Positions 9,082 to 18,064 of a DNA stretch of 64,000 nucleotides are shown piece after piece. Within the stretch, counting starts at the first letter, position 1, and each line of letters opens with the position of its first letter. Source of the stretch: a bacterium (GTDB taxonomy: Bacteria; UBA8248); contig CBDBEV010000001.1 in assembly GCA_965204535.1 (NCBI GenBank), positions 2,016,001-2,080,000 on the forward strand. Direction: 5' to 3'. The translations under genes and the position numbers were made by a program. Under the pieces are notes generated by a model, which saw only the letters and a list, made by a program, of their open reading frames with translations, did not search any database and was not told where the DNA came from.

Positions 9082-10597
9082 GGGGCTGTTGAAAAACCCT
9101 GTTTTGAAGCAGGGGGTATGGCGGCTCACGCGGCTTGGGATAGGAAGCCCAATCGGCGCGTGAGGCCGCGAGGAACGCGCAGACGGCGTCTCCGGGCGGC
9201 GCAGGCCCTCCACAGAGCGAATATATCCGCCGCAACAGCGGCGGCGAGCCGCTTGAGGTTCACCGCAGTCGCCGTCAGGTAGGCCTGGATCCTCATGTTC
9301 GCAAGGCCCCGGCGCACCGCCCGCCCCAGTCCGTGCCGACTCTTCGCTTCGCCGTGGTAGCCCTCCGAACGCGACATGTGGCGGCGCCACAGCCGGCCCT
9401 CCTCCTCCCCCCGGCGCGCGCGGCGACGGCGCGCGCGCAACAGCGCCGGATACTCGTGCGGAATCAGCACCGTCCTGCTCGTGTGCGACTTGGGCAGACA
9501 ATCCGACCTCAGCGCGCAGCCCGCGCAATCGCGCGTCCTCGAACCATAGTAGCGCCCCCGCTCCGTCTCCTTCCGGGGACGCAGCGTCTTGCCGCCCGGA
9601 CACTTCACCACCTTGCGCCGCTCGTCGTAGCGGAACAACTGCAGCGGAACACGGCTCTGGGAAGGCTCCTTCTTCGCCGGTATCAGCGCGGCGACGCCAC
9701 GCCGCTCCAATGCGCCGTACACCTTCGAGTACGCATAGCCCGAATCCGCCGTCACCACCGCGGGCGCGCGACCCGTGAGCTCGCAAACCGCATCCAACTG
9801 CGGCTCCATCATCTCCCGCTCGTTCAACGTCCCCGCCGTCACCTCTACGTCGAGGACAACGCCCCGCTCGTCGTCCACCACCGCGTGGTGCTTGTAGCTC
9901 GGCTCGAACCCCGCCCGAGCGCTCTTGCGCGCCAGGCGCGCGTCGGGGTCCGTTCGGCTCACCGGACCCGAACCCCCGCCACCGCCCTTCTTCCCCGTCT
10001 CATCCTCCGAGTCGTTCTCCCGCACCACCTTCTCCGCGTGGCGCTCCGCCAGACTCTCCCAGCTCACGTCCGCGCGTATCAAAGACGCGTCCATGTGAAC
10101 CACTTCTCCCTTCGCCACCTTCGCCTCCACGCAAGACTGAACCGTGCGCCGAAATATCTCCTTGAATCGCGCCTCCCCCCACCGCTGACGGATACGCGTC
10201 AGGCTCGAATGATCCGGCAACTCCTCGTCCAGCTCGTAACCGATGAACCACCGGATCGCCAGGTTCACCTGCGCCTCGCGAAGCAGATGCCGGTCGTGAA
10301 CGTGGCCCAGCAGAAGACCCGCCAGCATCAACCGCACCACCACTTCCGGGTCGATCCCCGGTCGACCGTTGTCCGCGCAATAGCACTCCGCCACCTCCTC
10401 GCGAAGCCAACTCAAATCCAGTACGCGGTTCACCCGGAACAATATGTAATCTTCGGGAATCAACTGCTCCAGCGAACCGGCCACGAACAATTCCATCTGC
10501 CCGCGCCTCTTGCGGTCCAACATCGGGGAATCTCCCATCTCGGGCGAGGGGGGATAACTCCATACGATCACAAAACCAGGGGTTTTTCAACAGCCCC
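9082..10597 (-). mobile_element. IS1182-family insertion sequence, 1516 bp
   Basis: 18-bp terminal IRs GGGGCTGTTGAAAAACCC (9082-9099) / GGGTTTTTCAACAGCCCC (10580-10597); 5-bp direct target duplication GACAA (9077-9081 and 10598-10602). Confidence 0.92.
9126..10571 (-). CDS. IS1182-family DDE transposase
   Basis: GRPGIDP, LPDHSSLTRIRQR, VHMDAS, SRTDPDA, TADSGY, Cys-rich insert, SEGYHGEAKSRHGL, NLKRL. True start may be the later MLDRK. Confidence 0.93.
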   Translation of the reverse strand: MIVWSYPPSPEMGDSPMLDRKRRGQMELFVAGSLEQLIPEDYILFRVNRVLDLSWLREEVAECYCADNGRPGIDPEVVVRLMLAGLLLGHVHDRHLLREAQVNLAIRWFIGYELDEELPDHSSLTRIRQRWGEARFKEIFRRTVQSCVEAKVAKGEVVHMDASLIRADVSWESLAERHAEKVVRENDSEDETGKKGGGGGSGPVSRTDPDARLARKSARAGFEPSYKHHAVVDDERGVVLDVEVTAGTLNEREMMEPQLDAVCELTGRAPAVVTADSGYAYSKVYGALERRGVAALIPAKKEPSQSRVPLQLFRYDERRKVVKCPGGKTLRPRKETERGRYYGSRTRDCAGCALRSDCLPKSHTSRTVLIPHEYPALLRARRRRARRGEEEGRLWRRHMSRSEGYHGEAKSRHGLGRAVRRGLANMRIQAYLTATAVNLKRLAAAVAADIFALWRACAARRRRLRVPRGLTRRLGFLSQAA

Positions 10598-10743
10598 GAC
10601 AAGGGGGGGTAGGGGGGGTTGATTTAATGGGGTTTCCCTTTCAGGGGGGTTGCCATTACCTTCTCAGGGGCTTTTTCATCGGGCATTCCCCTCGGGATGC
10701 CCGACCCCTCAAGGGAAGAGTATTTATTGCAACTCATTTGCAT

Positions 10744-10798
10744 GGACAACCATAGGGGGTTGTCCCTTTGAAGGACAGGCGCGGGGGCCTGTCCCTAC
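10744..10798 (-). repeat. Two tandem REP-like hairpins (GTAG family)
   Basis: On the minus strand GTAGGGACAGGCCCCCGCGCCTGTCC, followed by AGGGACAACCCCCTATGGTTGTCC. Confidence 0.7.
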
Positions 10799-11343
10799 CC
10801 ACCCATCCTCTCTTGCCAGTCGCGCATGGCGGCGCGGGTGGTGTCGAAGGCGAGCTCGTCGAAGTCGATCGCATCGGGCGATACGAGCTTGACCTCGGTG
10901 GTCTCGGAAAGCGCGCGGGGGGCGCCCCCCGTCACGGCGCCCGTGTAGACGATGAGCACGGTGGCGTTTCCCTCGAAGGAATACACCCCCAGGAGCGAAT
11001 CCACCGCCACCTCGATCCCCGCTTCTTCTTTCGCCTCGCGCGCGGCGGCTTCCGCGACCACCTCGCCCCGGTTCACGAAGCCGCCCGGGAACGTCCAGAG
11101 CCCCTTGCCGGGGTTGTGGGCGCGCCGCACGAGCACGGCCTCCCCGTCGACCGTCGCGACGACGCCCGCCGCGACTTTCGGGTCCAGGAAGTGGACGTGG
11201 TTGCAGGACGCCGCGCTGCAGCAAAGCTGGGCGGTGCCGTCCCCCTCCGTCCAGGGGCGGTAGACGAGCGGACTCCCGCAGGCGACGCAGAACTTCACCC
11301 CGCCGCCGAGATGGGGGTGGGCCTGCGGGGCGTCGGCGTTCAA
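10795..11343 (-). CDS. NUDIX hydrolase with N-terminal zinc ribbon
   Basis: FCVACG...C...C; Nudix box GGFVNRGEVVAEAAAREAKEEAG. Confidence 0.92.
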   Translation of the reverse strand: MNADAPQAHPHLGGGVKFCVACGSPLVYRPWTEGDGTAQLCCSAASCNHVHFLDPKVAAGVVATVDGEAVLVRRAHNPGKGLWTFPGGFVNRGEVVAEAAAREAKEEAGIEVAVDSLLGVYSFEGNATVLIVYTGAVTGGAPRALSETTEVKLVSPDAIDFDELAFDTTRAAMRDWQERMGG

Positions 11344-12002
11344 GTCAGAAATTGTTCGGCTCCGGGCCGGCAGAAGGGGTTGGTGGCTTTCTCGTGGCCG
11401 ATGGTGGTCTCAGGACCGTGGCCCGGATGCACGATAGTATCGTCAGGCAATGTGAGCAGTTGCGTCCGGATGCTGTTCAACAATACGCCGCCGTCGCCCA
11501 TGTAGAGGTCGGTCCGCCCGACCGAACCCGCGAAGAGCGCGTCGCCCACGATGGCGTGCCCCGGCTCGTCCCCGTCCCCCGGCCGGTAGAGGGTGACGTT
11601 GCCCGGCGCGTGCCCGTCGGTGAGCCTGATCTCGAATTCGAGGTTTCCCACCGGGATCGTCTCGCCGGGCGTGAGGTAAGCGTCCACCTCGGGGACGGGC
11701 GGTTCGGGGAACCCGTAGCCGCGCGCCGCGTTCGGGATGTTGCGCAGGTTGAAGAGTTCCGCCTCGTGGAGCCAGTAGGGGATACCGAGCTTTTCCTTCG
11801 CCTCCGCGACGCCCTCGGCGTGGTCGAGATGGGCGTGGGTGCCGATGATCCTGGTGAGGGTGAGGCCGTGCCCGCGGGCTACCGCGATGACGCGCTCCAC
11901 CTCCGCGCCCGGATCGACGTAGGCGCCCTCTTTCGTCTCTTCGCAGCCCACGACGTAGCTGTTCATCTGGAAGGGCCCGACGGGTATCCGCTCGAGGATC
12001 AA
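11340..12002 (-). CDS. MBL-fold metallo-hydrolase (glyoxalase II-like)
   Basis: THAHLDH, GHAPG, GDALF, PGHGP; TTG start at 12002 with AAAGGA RBS. The longer ORF in the track extends into a repeat. Confidence 0.92.
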   Translation of the reverse strand: MILERIPVGPFQMNSYVVGCEETKEGAYVDPGAEVERVIAVARGHGLTLTRIIGTHAHLDHAEGVAEAKEKLGIPYWLHEAELFNLRNIPNAARGYGFPEPPVPEVDAYLTPGETIPVGNLEFEIRLTDGHAPGNVTLYRPGDGDEPGHAIVGDALFAGSVGRTDLYMGDGGVLLNSIRTQLLTLPDDTIVHPGHGPETTIGHEKATNPFCRPGAEQFLT

Positions 12003-12049
12003 GAAGGTGTCCTTTCTCTGAACGCGGTGCGGGGGCGCCCGCCCGCTAG

Positions 12050-12234
12050 GGAACTGTTGAAAAGCCCTCTTCGCACGGAATTGACCACCGCCGTCATTGT
12101 CGCTTCTGTTGTAGGGGCCGCATATATGCGGCCCTCCCCGTTCGTGGCATGCGGGTCGCATGTATGCGACCCCTACACTGATGTGGTATCCCGTCGCCGT
12201 CATACCGGCATTGCGGGGGTTTTTCAACAGCCCC
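12050..12234. mobile_element. Non-autonomous element with IS1182-type ends enclosing a REP doublet
   Basis: Left end GGAACTGTTGAAAAGCCC; right end GGGTTTTTCAACAGCCCC (12217-12234, identical to the IS end); internal GTAGGGGCCGCATATATGCGGCCC ... GGGTCGCATGTATGCGACCCCTAC (12111-12176). Confidence 0.75.
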
Positions 12235-12235
12235 C

Positions 12236-13135
12236 TTAGGAATCGGGGGGGAAGATGACGATTTCGATCCTGCGGTTCGTCCGCCGGCCCTCGCGCGTGT
12301 TGTTGTCGGCGATCGGGCGGAACTCGCCCATCCCCGCTCCCGAGACCCGGCGCGGGTCGAGGTTGCCCACCTCGACGAAATAGCGCAGCACCCGCGTGGC
12401 GCGCGCGGCGGAGAGCTCCCAGTTCGTCTCCCAGCGCTCCGCGAGGCGATCGGATATCTGCACGTTGTCGGTGTGGCCCTGCACCTGCACCTCGCGGTTC
12501 GAGTAGCGGCGCAGAAGGCTCGAGAACTTCACGAGCAGGGCCTTGCTCTCGGAACGGACTTTGGCGCTTCCCGACTTGAAGAGGATGGCGCTCGCGATGC
12601 TGATGATCACCCGGTCGCCGGCGCGCCGCACCTCCACGGTTCCGCGGCGTCGTTCTCTCGAGAACTGCGCCTTCATGTCCTTTTCGAGCTGGATCTGGAA
12701 GCGAATCCTGTCCTCGAAGCGCAGGAGTTTTTTTTGCGTGGCGACGAGGTTTTTCTGAAGCTCCCGGACCCGCGCACGCGAGTTCTCGTAAGCGCGCTCG
12801 AAGCGCCCGGCCTTCTTGGCGCTCTCGGTCTGCTGCGACTGCTGGGCGGTCAACTGCGCGCGCAGGTCGGCCACGCGCGTCTCCGTCTGCTGGCTGTGGC
12901 GCCTGGCCATGGTGAGGGACTGGCTGAGTTCCTGGGTTTCCAGGTCTTTTTGCTTGATCCGTCCTTCGAGTTCCTCGACGTTCCGGCGAAGCCCGTCGAT
13001 CCGGCTCTGTTGATCCGAAAGCTCCTTCCTGAGGCCGGCGGCTTCATCCGTCTTTCGCTCGTAGTCTTCGATGCCCACGCATCCGGTGGACAGGGCGGCG
13101 GCGAGGAATAAAATTACGGGGCGATGCGTCTGCAT
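12236..13135 (-). CDS. OmpA/MotB-family peptidoglycan-binding lipoprotein with coiled coil
   Basis: Lipobox LSTGC; long heptad region; C-terminal LFKSGSA, VQGHTDN, NWELSAARA, NRRIEI. Confidence 0.9.
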   Translation of the reverse strand: MQTHRPVILFLAAALSTGCVGIEDYERKTDEAAGLRKELSDQQSRIDGLRRNVEELEGRIKQKDLETQELSQSLTMARRHSQQTETRVADLRAQLTAQQSQQTESAKKAGRFERAYENSRARVRELQKNLVATQKKLLRFEDRIRFQIQLEKDMKAQFSRERRRGTVEVRRAGDRVIISIASAILFKSGSAKVRSESKALLVKFSSLLRRYSNREVQVQGHTDNVQISDRLAERWETNWELSAARATRVLRYFVEVGNLDPRRVSGAGMGEFRPIADNNTREGRRTNRRIEIVIFPPDS

Positions 13136-14176
13136 TCAGTTTCCTCCTCCGGACATGAAGCGGTTGGCGTCGGCGACGTCGCGCTTGCTGCCGACGATGA
13201 AGGGAATGCGCTGGTGCAGTTTTTCGGGCTGGATCTCCATCACCCTGCGGCGGCCGTCGCTCGCGGCACCCCCCGCCTGTTCCGCGATGAAGGACATCGG
13301 GTTGCACTCGTAGAGAAGGCGCAGCTTGCCGGCCGGGTTTTTCCTGTCGCCCGGATAGAGGAAGATGCCGCCCTTGAGCAGGTTTCTGTGGAAATCGGCC
13401 ACCAGCGAGCCGATGTAGCGGCCCGAATAGGGGCGTCCCGAATCGGCGTCCTCGTCTTTCAAATACGCGACGTAGCGGGAGGTGGATTCGTCCCACTTCG
13501 AGGAGTTGCCCTCGTTGATGCTGTATATCTTCCCGCGCTCGGGAATACGGATGTCGGGATGGGAGAGGAAGAACTCGCCCACCGAGGGGTCGAGGGTGAA
13601 GCCGTCGACGCCGTTGCCCGTGGTGTAGACCAGCATGGTGGAGGAGCCGTAGATGACGTAGCCCGCGCAGACCTGCTCGATGCCCGGCTGGAGGAAGTCG
13701 TCGAGTTCCGTGGGGCCGCTCTCCCCCCTGCGGCGCAGGATGGAGAAGATCGAGCCGATGCTCACGTTCACGTCGATGTTCGAGGAGCCGTCCAGCGGGT
13801 CGTAGAGCACCACGTATTCGCCGCCCTCCACGTATTTGCCGGGGACGACATAGACTTCCTCCATCTCCTCGCTCGCCAGGGCGGCCACCGAACCCGTGTG
13901 GTCGAGGGCCCTTCGCATCACGTCGTTCGCGTATTCATCGAGCTTCTGGACTTCCTCGCCCTGCACGTTCATCTCGCCGGTCAGCCCGAGGATGTCCACG
14001 AGGCCCGCCTTGTTGACCTCGGCGTTGATGATCTTGGCGGCCAGGGTGATCTGCGTGACGAGGCGGGTGAAGAGCCCCCGCGCGCCCGGGTGGTTTCGCT
14101 CCTCCTCGCGGATGTGGCGCTCGAGCGTCATTCCCTTGAAGCTTGTGCTGGCGACGGTAGCGGCTTCCTGCTGCAT
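13136..14176 (-). CDS. fbp: Fructose-1,6-bisphosphatase class 1
   Basis: NVQGEEVQKLD, SEE, DPLDGSSNIDVN, RYIGSLVADFHRNL, GKLRLLYE. Confidence 0.97.
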   Translation of the reverse strand: MQQEAATVASTSFKGMTLERHIREEERNHPGARGLFTRLVTQITLAAKIINAEVNKAGLVDILGLTGEMNVQGEEVQKLDEYANDVMRRALDHTGSVAALASEEMEEVYVVPGKYVEGGEYVVLYDPLDGSSNIDVNVSIGSIFSILRRRGESGPTELDDFLQPGIEQVCAGYVIYGSSTMLVYTTGNGVDGFTLDPSVGEFFLSHPDIRIPERGKIYSINEGNSSKWDESTSRYVAYLKDEDADSGRPYSGRYIGSLVADFHRNLLKGGIFLYPGDRKNPAGKLRLLYECNPMSFIAEQAGGAASDGRRRVMEIQPEKLHQRIPFIVGSKRDVADANRFMSGGGN

Positions 14177-14213
14177 CCTCTCTCCTGTCCTTCGCGGGCG
14201 GTCGCTCCTCCGG

Positions 14214-15242
14214 CTACGCGGCGGCGACTTCTCCTTCCATCGCGTCCTCATACGCTCCGGTTCGCGCGGCGCCGTTGCACTTGCACCGGTGGAGGAAGAG
14301 CCTCTGGGCGAGGGGTACGTTCGCCGCATCGCCGCCCCAGCCCTTGAGCGCCGGCGCCTGTAGCGCGCGGCCGTAGGAGAAGCTGAGTTCCCAGGGGTGG
14401 GGGCCCATCGCGTTCATCGCATTCAGGTGCGCGGTGGCGACGGCGTCGCTCTGCCCGCCCGAGAGGAAGCAGATGCCGGGCACGGCGGCGGGCACGTTTC
14501 TCGTGAGAGAGCGCACCGTGGCCTCGGCCACTTCTCCCACGCCCGCCTGGACCGGGCATCCCTTGCCCGAGATCACCATGTTGGGTTTGAGGATCATGCC
14601 CTCGAGCGAGACGCGGTGTTGGTGCAGGGCACCGAAGACGCTCTCGAGCGTCTCGTTCGTCACTTGCTCGCAGACCTCGATGGTGTTGTCCGCGTCCATG
14701 AGCACCTCGGGCTCCACGATGGGCACGAGGCCCGCTTCTTGGGAGAGCGCGGCGTAGCGCGCGAGGCCGTGCGCGTTGGCCTCGATGCAGTACGCCGAGG
14801 GGATCCCCTCGCCGATGGTGATGACGGCGCGCCACTTGGTGAACGTGGCCCCGAGCGTGACGTATTCCGCCAGCCGCTCGCGCAGGCCGTCGAGACCCTC
14901 GGTGACCTTCTCGCCCGGTGCGAAGGCCAGGTCCTTGGCTCCCTTGTCGACCTTGATGCCGGGGAGGATGCCGCGCGAGTCGAGCAGCGCGCCGAAGTTC
15001 GTTCCGTCCGAAGCGCTCTGGCGCAGCGTCTCGTCGAAGAGGATGACGCCGCTGATGTATTCCTCGATTCCCTCCGTCGTGAAGAGAAGCTCGCGGTAGG
15101 CGCGCCGGTTCTCCTCGGTGGATTCGACGCCGATGCTGTCGAGGCGCTTTTGGATCGTGCCCGAACTCTCGTCCGCCGCGAGGATGCCCTTGCCGGGCGC
15201 CACCATCTGCTCGGCGATTTTCGCCAGGTCGTTCGTGCTCAT
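14214..15242 (-). CDS. fba: Fructose-bisphosphate aldolase class I (Schiff-base type)
   Basis: GKGILAADES, GIKVDKG, KWRAV, VPIVEPEV, LKPNMV, FLSGGQS, FSYGRALQ. Confidence 0.96.
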   Translation of the reverse strand: MSTNDLAKIAEQMVAPGKGILAADESSGTIQKRLDSIGVESTEENRRAYRELLFTTEGIEEYISGVILFDETLRQSASDGTNFGALLDSRGILPGIKVDKGAKDLAFAPGEKVTEGLDGLRERLAEYVTLGATFTKWRAVITIGEGIPSAYCIEANAHGLARYAALSQEAGLVPIVEPEVLMDADNTIEVCEQVTNETLESVFGALHQHRVSLEGMILKPNMVISGKGCPVQAGVGEVAEATVRSLTRNVPAAVPGICFLSGGQSDAVATAHLNAMNAMGPHPWELSFSYGRALQAPALKGWGGDAANVPLAQRLFLHRCKCNGAARTGAYEDAMEGEVAAA

Positions 15243-15586
15243 GATTTTGCTCCTGCTGGAATTGCCATGAGGTGAAGAAGTTATATGAAATTCCCCCATC
15301 CGGGGGAGTTACCCGCGATTCGCCGGTTTTGGATTCGCCGCTGCGGCCCTTGAATCCGGGCTGCTGAACGGCCCGCACGGCGTTCGATCTGTTGGTTTGG
15401 AACGAAACAACCCATCGCGCGTGGAGGATAACAAAACCATGCCGAAGAAGAAACCGCCGCGCGGGTGGAAATCATTTTCACATCGTGGTCGAATGGGTTT
15501 TCCCGCCCGGGTGGAGAGGTTCCAGTTGCCCCGTATTCCATGTGTGCGCTTAGTGGATTTCATCTCAGTAGATTAGAGAGTTTACG

Positions 15587-16126
15587 TTGACTAATGAGTT
15601 TGAATGGCAAGAGGACCTACCGGTTGAGGCTCAGCAAAATCGAGAGATGTTCGCTCGCTTCGGGTTGGCGGTATATCGCGCGCAGTGTTTGGAACGCCAA
15701 ATCAAATTGATGCTTGGATCTATGTACAATCAAGGTTTTTTACGAGGTTTGCCTGCGGATTGGGAACACTTCCTTGATGAAGAATCAATTAAGAAAACCT
15801 TAGGACAAATGGTAAATGAACTTAAGGGCAAGACAAGCTTGTCACCGACGCTTGAAGCCAGATTGGTTGAAGCAGTTACACTCCGAAACGGGCTTATCCA
15901 CGATTATTTTCGGGTACATGAGAGAGATATGCTTATCTTAGATGAACGGGAGAAAATGATTTCTGAACTTCAAAAGAAGGGAGATTTTTTACAAGAACTA
16001 GATAGGGAACTCATGGAAATATGGAAGAATTGGATGTGTAGTATGGGTGTATCAAGAGAAAAAATTGAATCGGAAATAGAAAATTATATCCGGGAAATAA
16101 TCTCCAGCAATAGAAAAGATGTATGA
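15587..16126 (+). CDS. Hypothetical alpha-helical protein, possible HEPN-like nuclease
   Basis: AT-rich ORF with ...AQCLE..., KTLGQM and LRNGLIHDYF (RxxxxH). Confidence 0.6.
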   Translation: MTNEFEWQEDLPVEAQQNREMFARFGLAVYRAQCLERQIKLMLGSMYNQGFLRGLPADWEHFLDEESIKKTLGQMVNELKGKTSLSPTLEARLVEAVTLRNGLIHDYFRVHERDMLILDEREKMISELQKKGDFLQELDRELMEIWKNWMCSMGVSREKIESEIENYIREIISSNRKDV

Positions 16127-16216
16127 AAGGATGAATTGTTCTGACAATTCATTTTGGTCGTATCTTAAACGTGTTTCCGCTTATTTTGGGAATTCTCTTT
16201 TAGCAAACGTTTTGCA

Positions 16217-17389
16217 ATGCCTGGGCAAGCACCCATGAGCGCGCAGACCACAGGCGCTGTCCCCTTCTGGCGGATGCCCGCGTTTTATTTCCTGCATTTT
16301 TTCGCCGTCGGCGTCATGCTCCCGTTCCTGAACATCTTTTATCATTCCGTTGGCGTGGGCGGGTTCCAGCTCGGCCTGCTGAACGCGGCGCCGCGTCTGT
16401 CGAGCGCGGTAGCACCCCCGCTGTTCGGGGCGCTCGCGGACAAGTTCCGCCTGGGCAGAAGCGTGGCCTTCACGTGCGCCGTAGCGAGTTCTCTTTTAGC
16501 TCTTCTTCTTTGGGGGGCGAGCGGTTTTATCGCCCTGCTCATATTGATCACGCTCTTCTCCGCTTTGAGAGCCCCTCTCGTGCCGATAGCCGAGAACCTT
16601 TGCCTGCGCGAGATAGAGGCCACCGGCGCGCAGTACGGCCGGGTGCGCCTGTGGGGGTCGCTGGGTTTCATCGTCGCGGCGATGGGCGCGGGCCGCCTGG
16701 TCGAGACCACCGGGGTCGCCTCCATCTTTCCGTTCGTGGCGGGCGTAGGCCTTCTTCTCGTCTTCGTGATTTTTTTTCTACCGAGAGAGACGGGCCGCGC
16801 GCGCCCGCGCTTCCGGGCCGACCTGGGGTTGTTGCTCAAAAGCCGCCCGCTCGCCGTCTTCCTCCTCACCACGACGTTCGCCTCGATTTCCGCAGGGCCT
16901 TTCGGGATTTATTTCAGCATCAGGCTGAAGGAGCTTGGGCTATCGGCGGACCTGATCGCCCTCGCGTGGACGGTGGGCGTGGTGAGCGAAATCGTTTTTC
17001 TCATCTACGCGCAGGCCATCCAGAAAAGGTTCGGCCTCAAGTGGATGATCGCCGCCGGCATGATCGCCGCCGGGCTCCGTTGGGAGTTCGTCGCCCTCAC
17101 GACGGATGCGGTTTTGCTCATCCTCATCCAGCTTCTGCACGGCGTCGCCTTCGGCGTCTTTCACGCGGGCGCGATTCAGTACGTCGACCGCCTGAGCAGT
17201 GCGGCGACGAAGAACACAGCGCAATCCCTCTACAGCGCCGCCACCTGGGGGGTCGGCTCCACGCTCGGCGCGCTGCTGGCGGGCTGGCTGCTCCCGATAT
17301 GGGGGTTCGTGACCCTGCTCCACGTCGCCGCGGGAATAGCGCTTTGCGCGGGGCTGGCCTTCGCCGCCTTCGGCGAGAACGTGAAGTGA
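16217..17389 (+). CDS. MFS transporter (MFS_1_like)
   Basis: About 12 hydrophobic segments; GALADKF, YGRVRLWGSLGF, QLLHG motifs. Confidence 0.9.
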   Translation: MPGQAPMSAQTTGAVPFWRMPAFYFLHFFAVGVMLPFLNIFYHSVGVGGFQLGLLNAAPRLSSAVAPPLFGALADKFRLGRSVAFTCAVASSLLALLLWGASGFIALLILITLFSALRAPLVPIAENLCLREIEATGAQYGRVRLWGSLGFIVAAMGAGRLVETTGVASIFPFVAGVGLLLVFVIFFLPRETGRARPRFRADLGLLLKSRPLAVFLLTTTFASISAGPFGIYFSIRLKELGLSADLIALAWTVGVVSEIVFLIYAQAIQKRFGLKWMIAAGMIAAGLRWEFVALTTDAVLLILIQLLHGVAFGVFHAGAIQYVDRLSSAATKNTAQSLYSAATWGVGSTLGALLAGWLLPIWGFVTLLHVAAGIALCAGLAFAAFGENVK

Positions 17390-17533
17390 AGTCGCGCGAG
17401 AGGCAGGCATCGATGGATGCGCCGCTTCGGTGGTGCCGCGCTCGCGCTGGACGACCTCTCGCTTCGTGTGGGAGTATGGCGCGCTCCCTTATTGAAGGCG
17501 CGAGGTGAAACGAGGGAGACGAGGGATTAAAAA

Positions 17534-18013
17534 ATGACCGAAAAGACCCTGTATCTGGCGAGTCCGTACGGCTTTTCCCTGCAGCAGCGCGAGGGGCCCC
17601 TGAAGGAGCTCGTGGCGGCGCTCGAGGGTTTGGGCGCTGAGGTGTGGGAGCCGTTTACGCGCAACAACCAGCCCGAGATGCTCGCGCGCCCCGGCTGGGC
17701 GTACCGCGTCGGGCAGAACGACATGCGCGACGTGCGCGATGCGGCGGGCTTTTTCGGTGTGGTGAACGGCTGTCCGCCCGATGAGGGCGTGATGGTGGAA
17801 CTCGGCATGGCGGTCGCCTGGGGGAAACCCGTATTCCTGTTCCGCGATGATTTCAGGCGCTCCACCGATTGCGAAGCCTATCCGCTGAACCTCATGATAT
17901 TCACCGGCCTGCCCGAAGTCGGCTGGGAGGCCTACTTCTACACCTCGCTCGATGAGATCGCAGACCCCGAGAAGGCCCTCGCGCGGTGGCTGAGAGACGA
18001 GCCGTTGTTGTGA
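17534..18013 (+). CDS. Nucleoside 2-deoxyribosyltransferase family protein
   Basis: LYLASPYGF, DEGVMVELGMA, NLMI motifs. Confidence 0.88.
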   Translation: MTEKTLYLASPYGFSLQQREGPLKELVAALEGLGAEVWEPFTRNNQPEMLARPGWAYRVGQNDMRDVRDAAGFFGVVNGCPPDEGVMVELGMAVAWGKPVFLFRDDFRRSTDCEAYPLNLMIFTGLPEVGWEAYFYTSLDEIADPEKALARWLRDEPLL

Positions 18014-18064
18014 GTGGAGGTTGGATGTGGAGTATGATAGATAATCCTTTGAGAGGGAATATCT

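Noticed and set aside
12236-13135. Flagellar stator MotB
   Set aside because: It has a lipobox and coiled coil instead of the MotB TM with the conserved Asp, and no motA is adjacent.
17534-18013. Nucleoside deoxyribosyltransferase as part of the TIGR04255 island
   Set aside because: It is co-oriented and adjacent, but its GC-rich codon pattern matches the backbone and the composition shifts right after its stop. Linkage is unsupported without synteny data.
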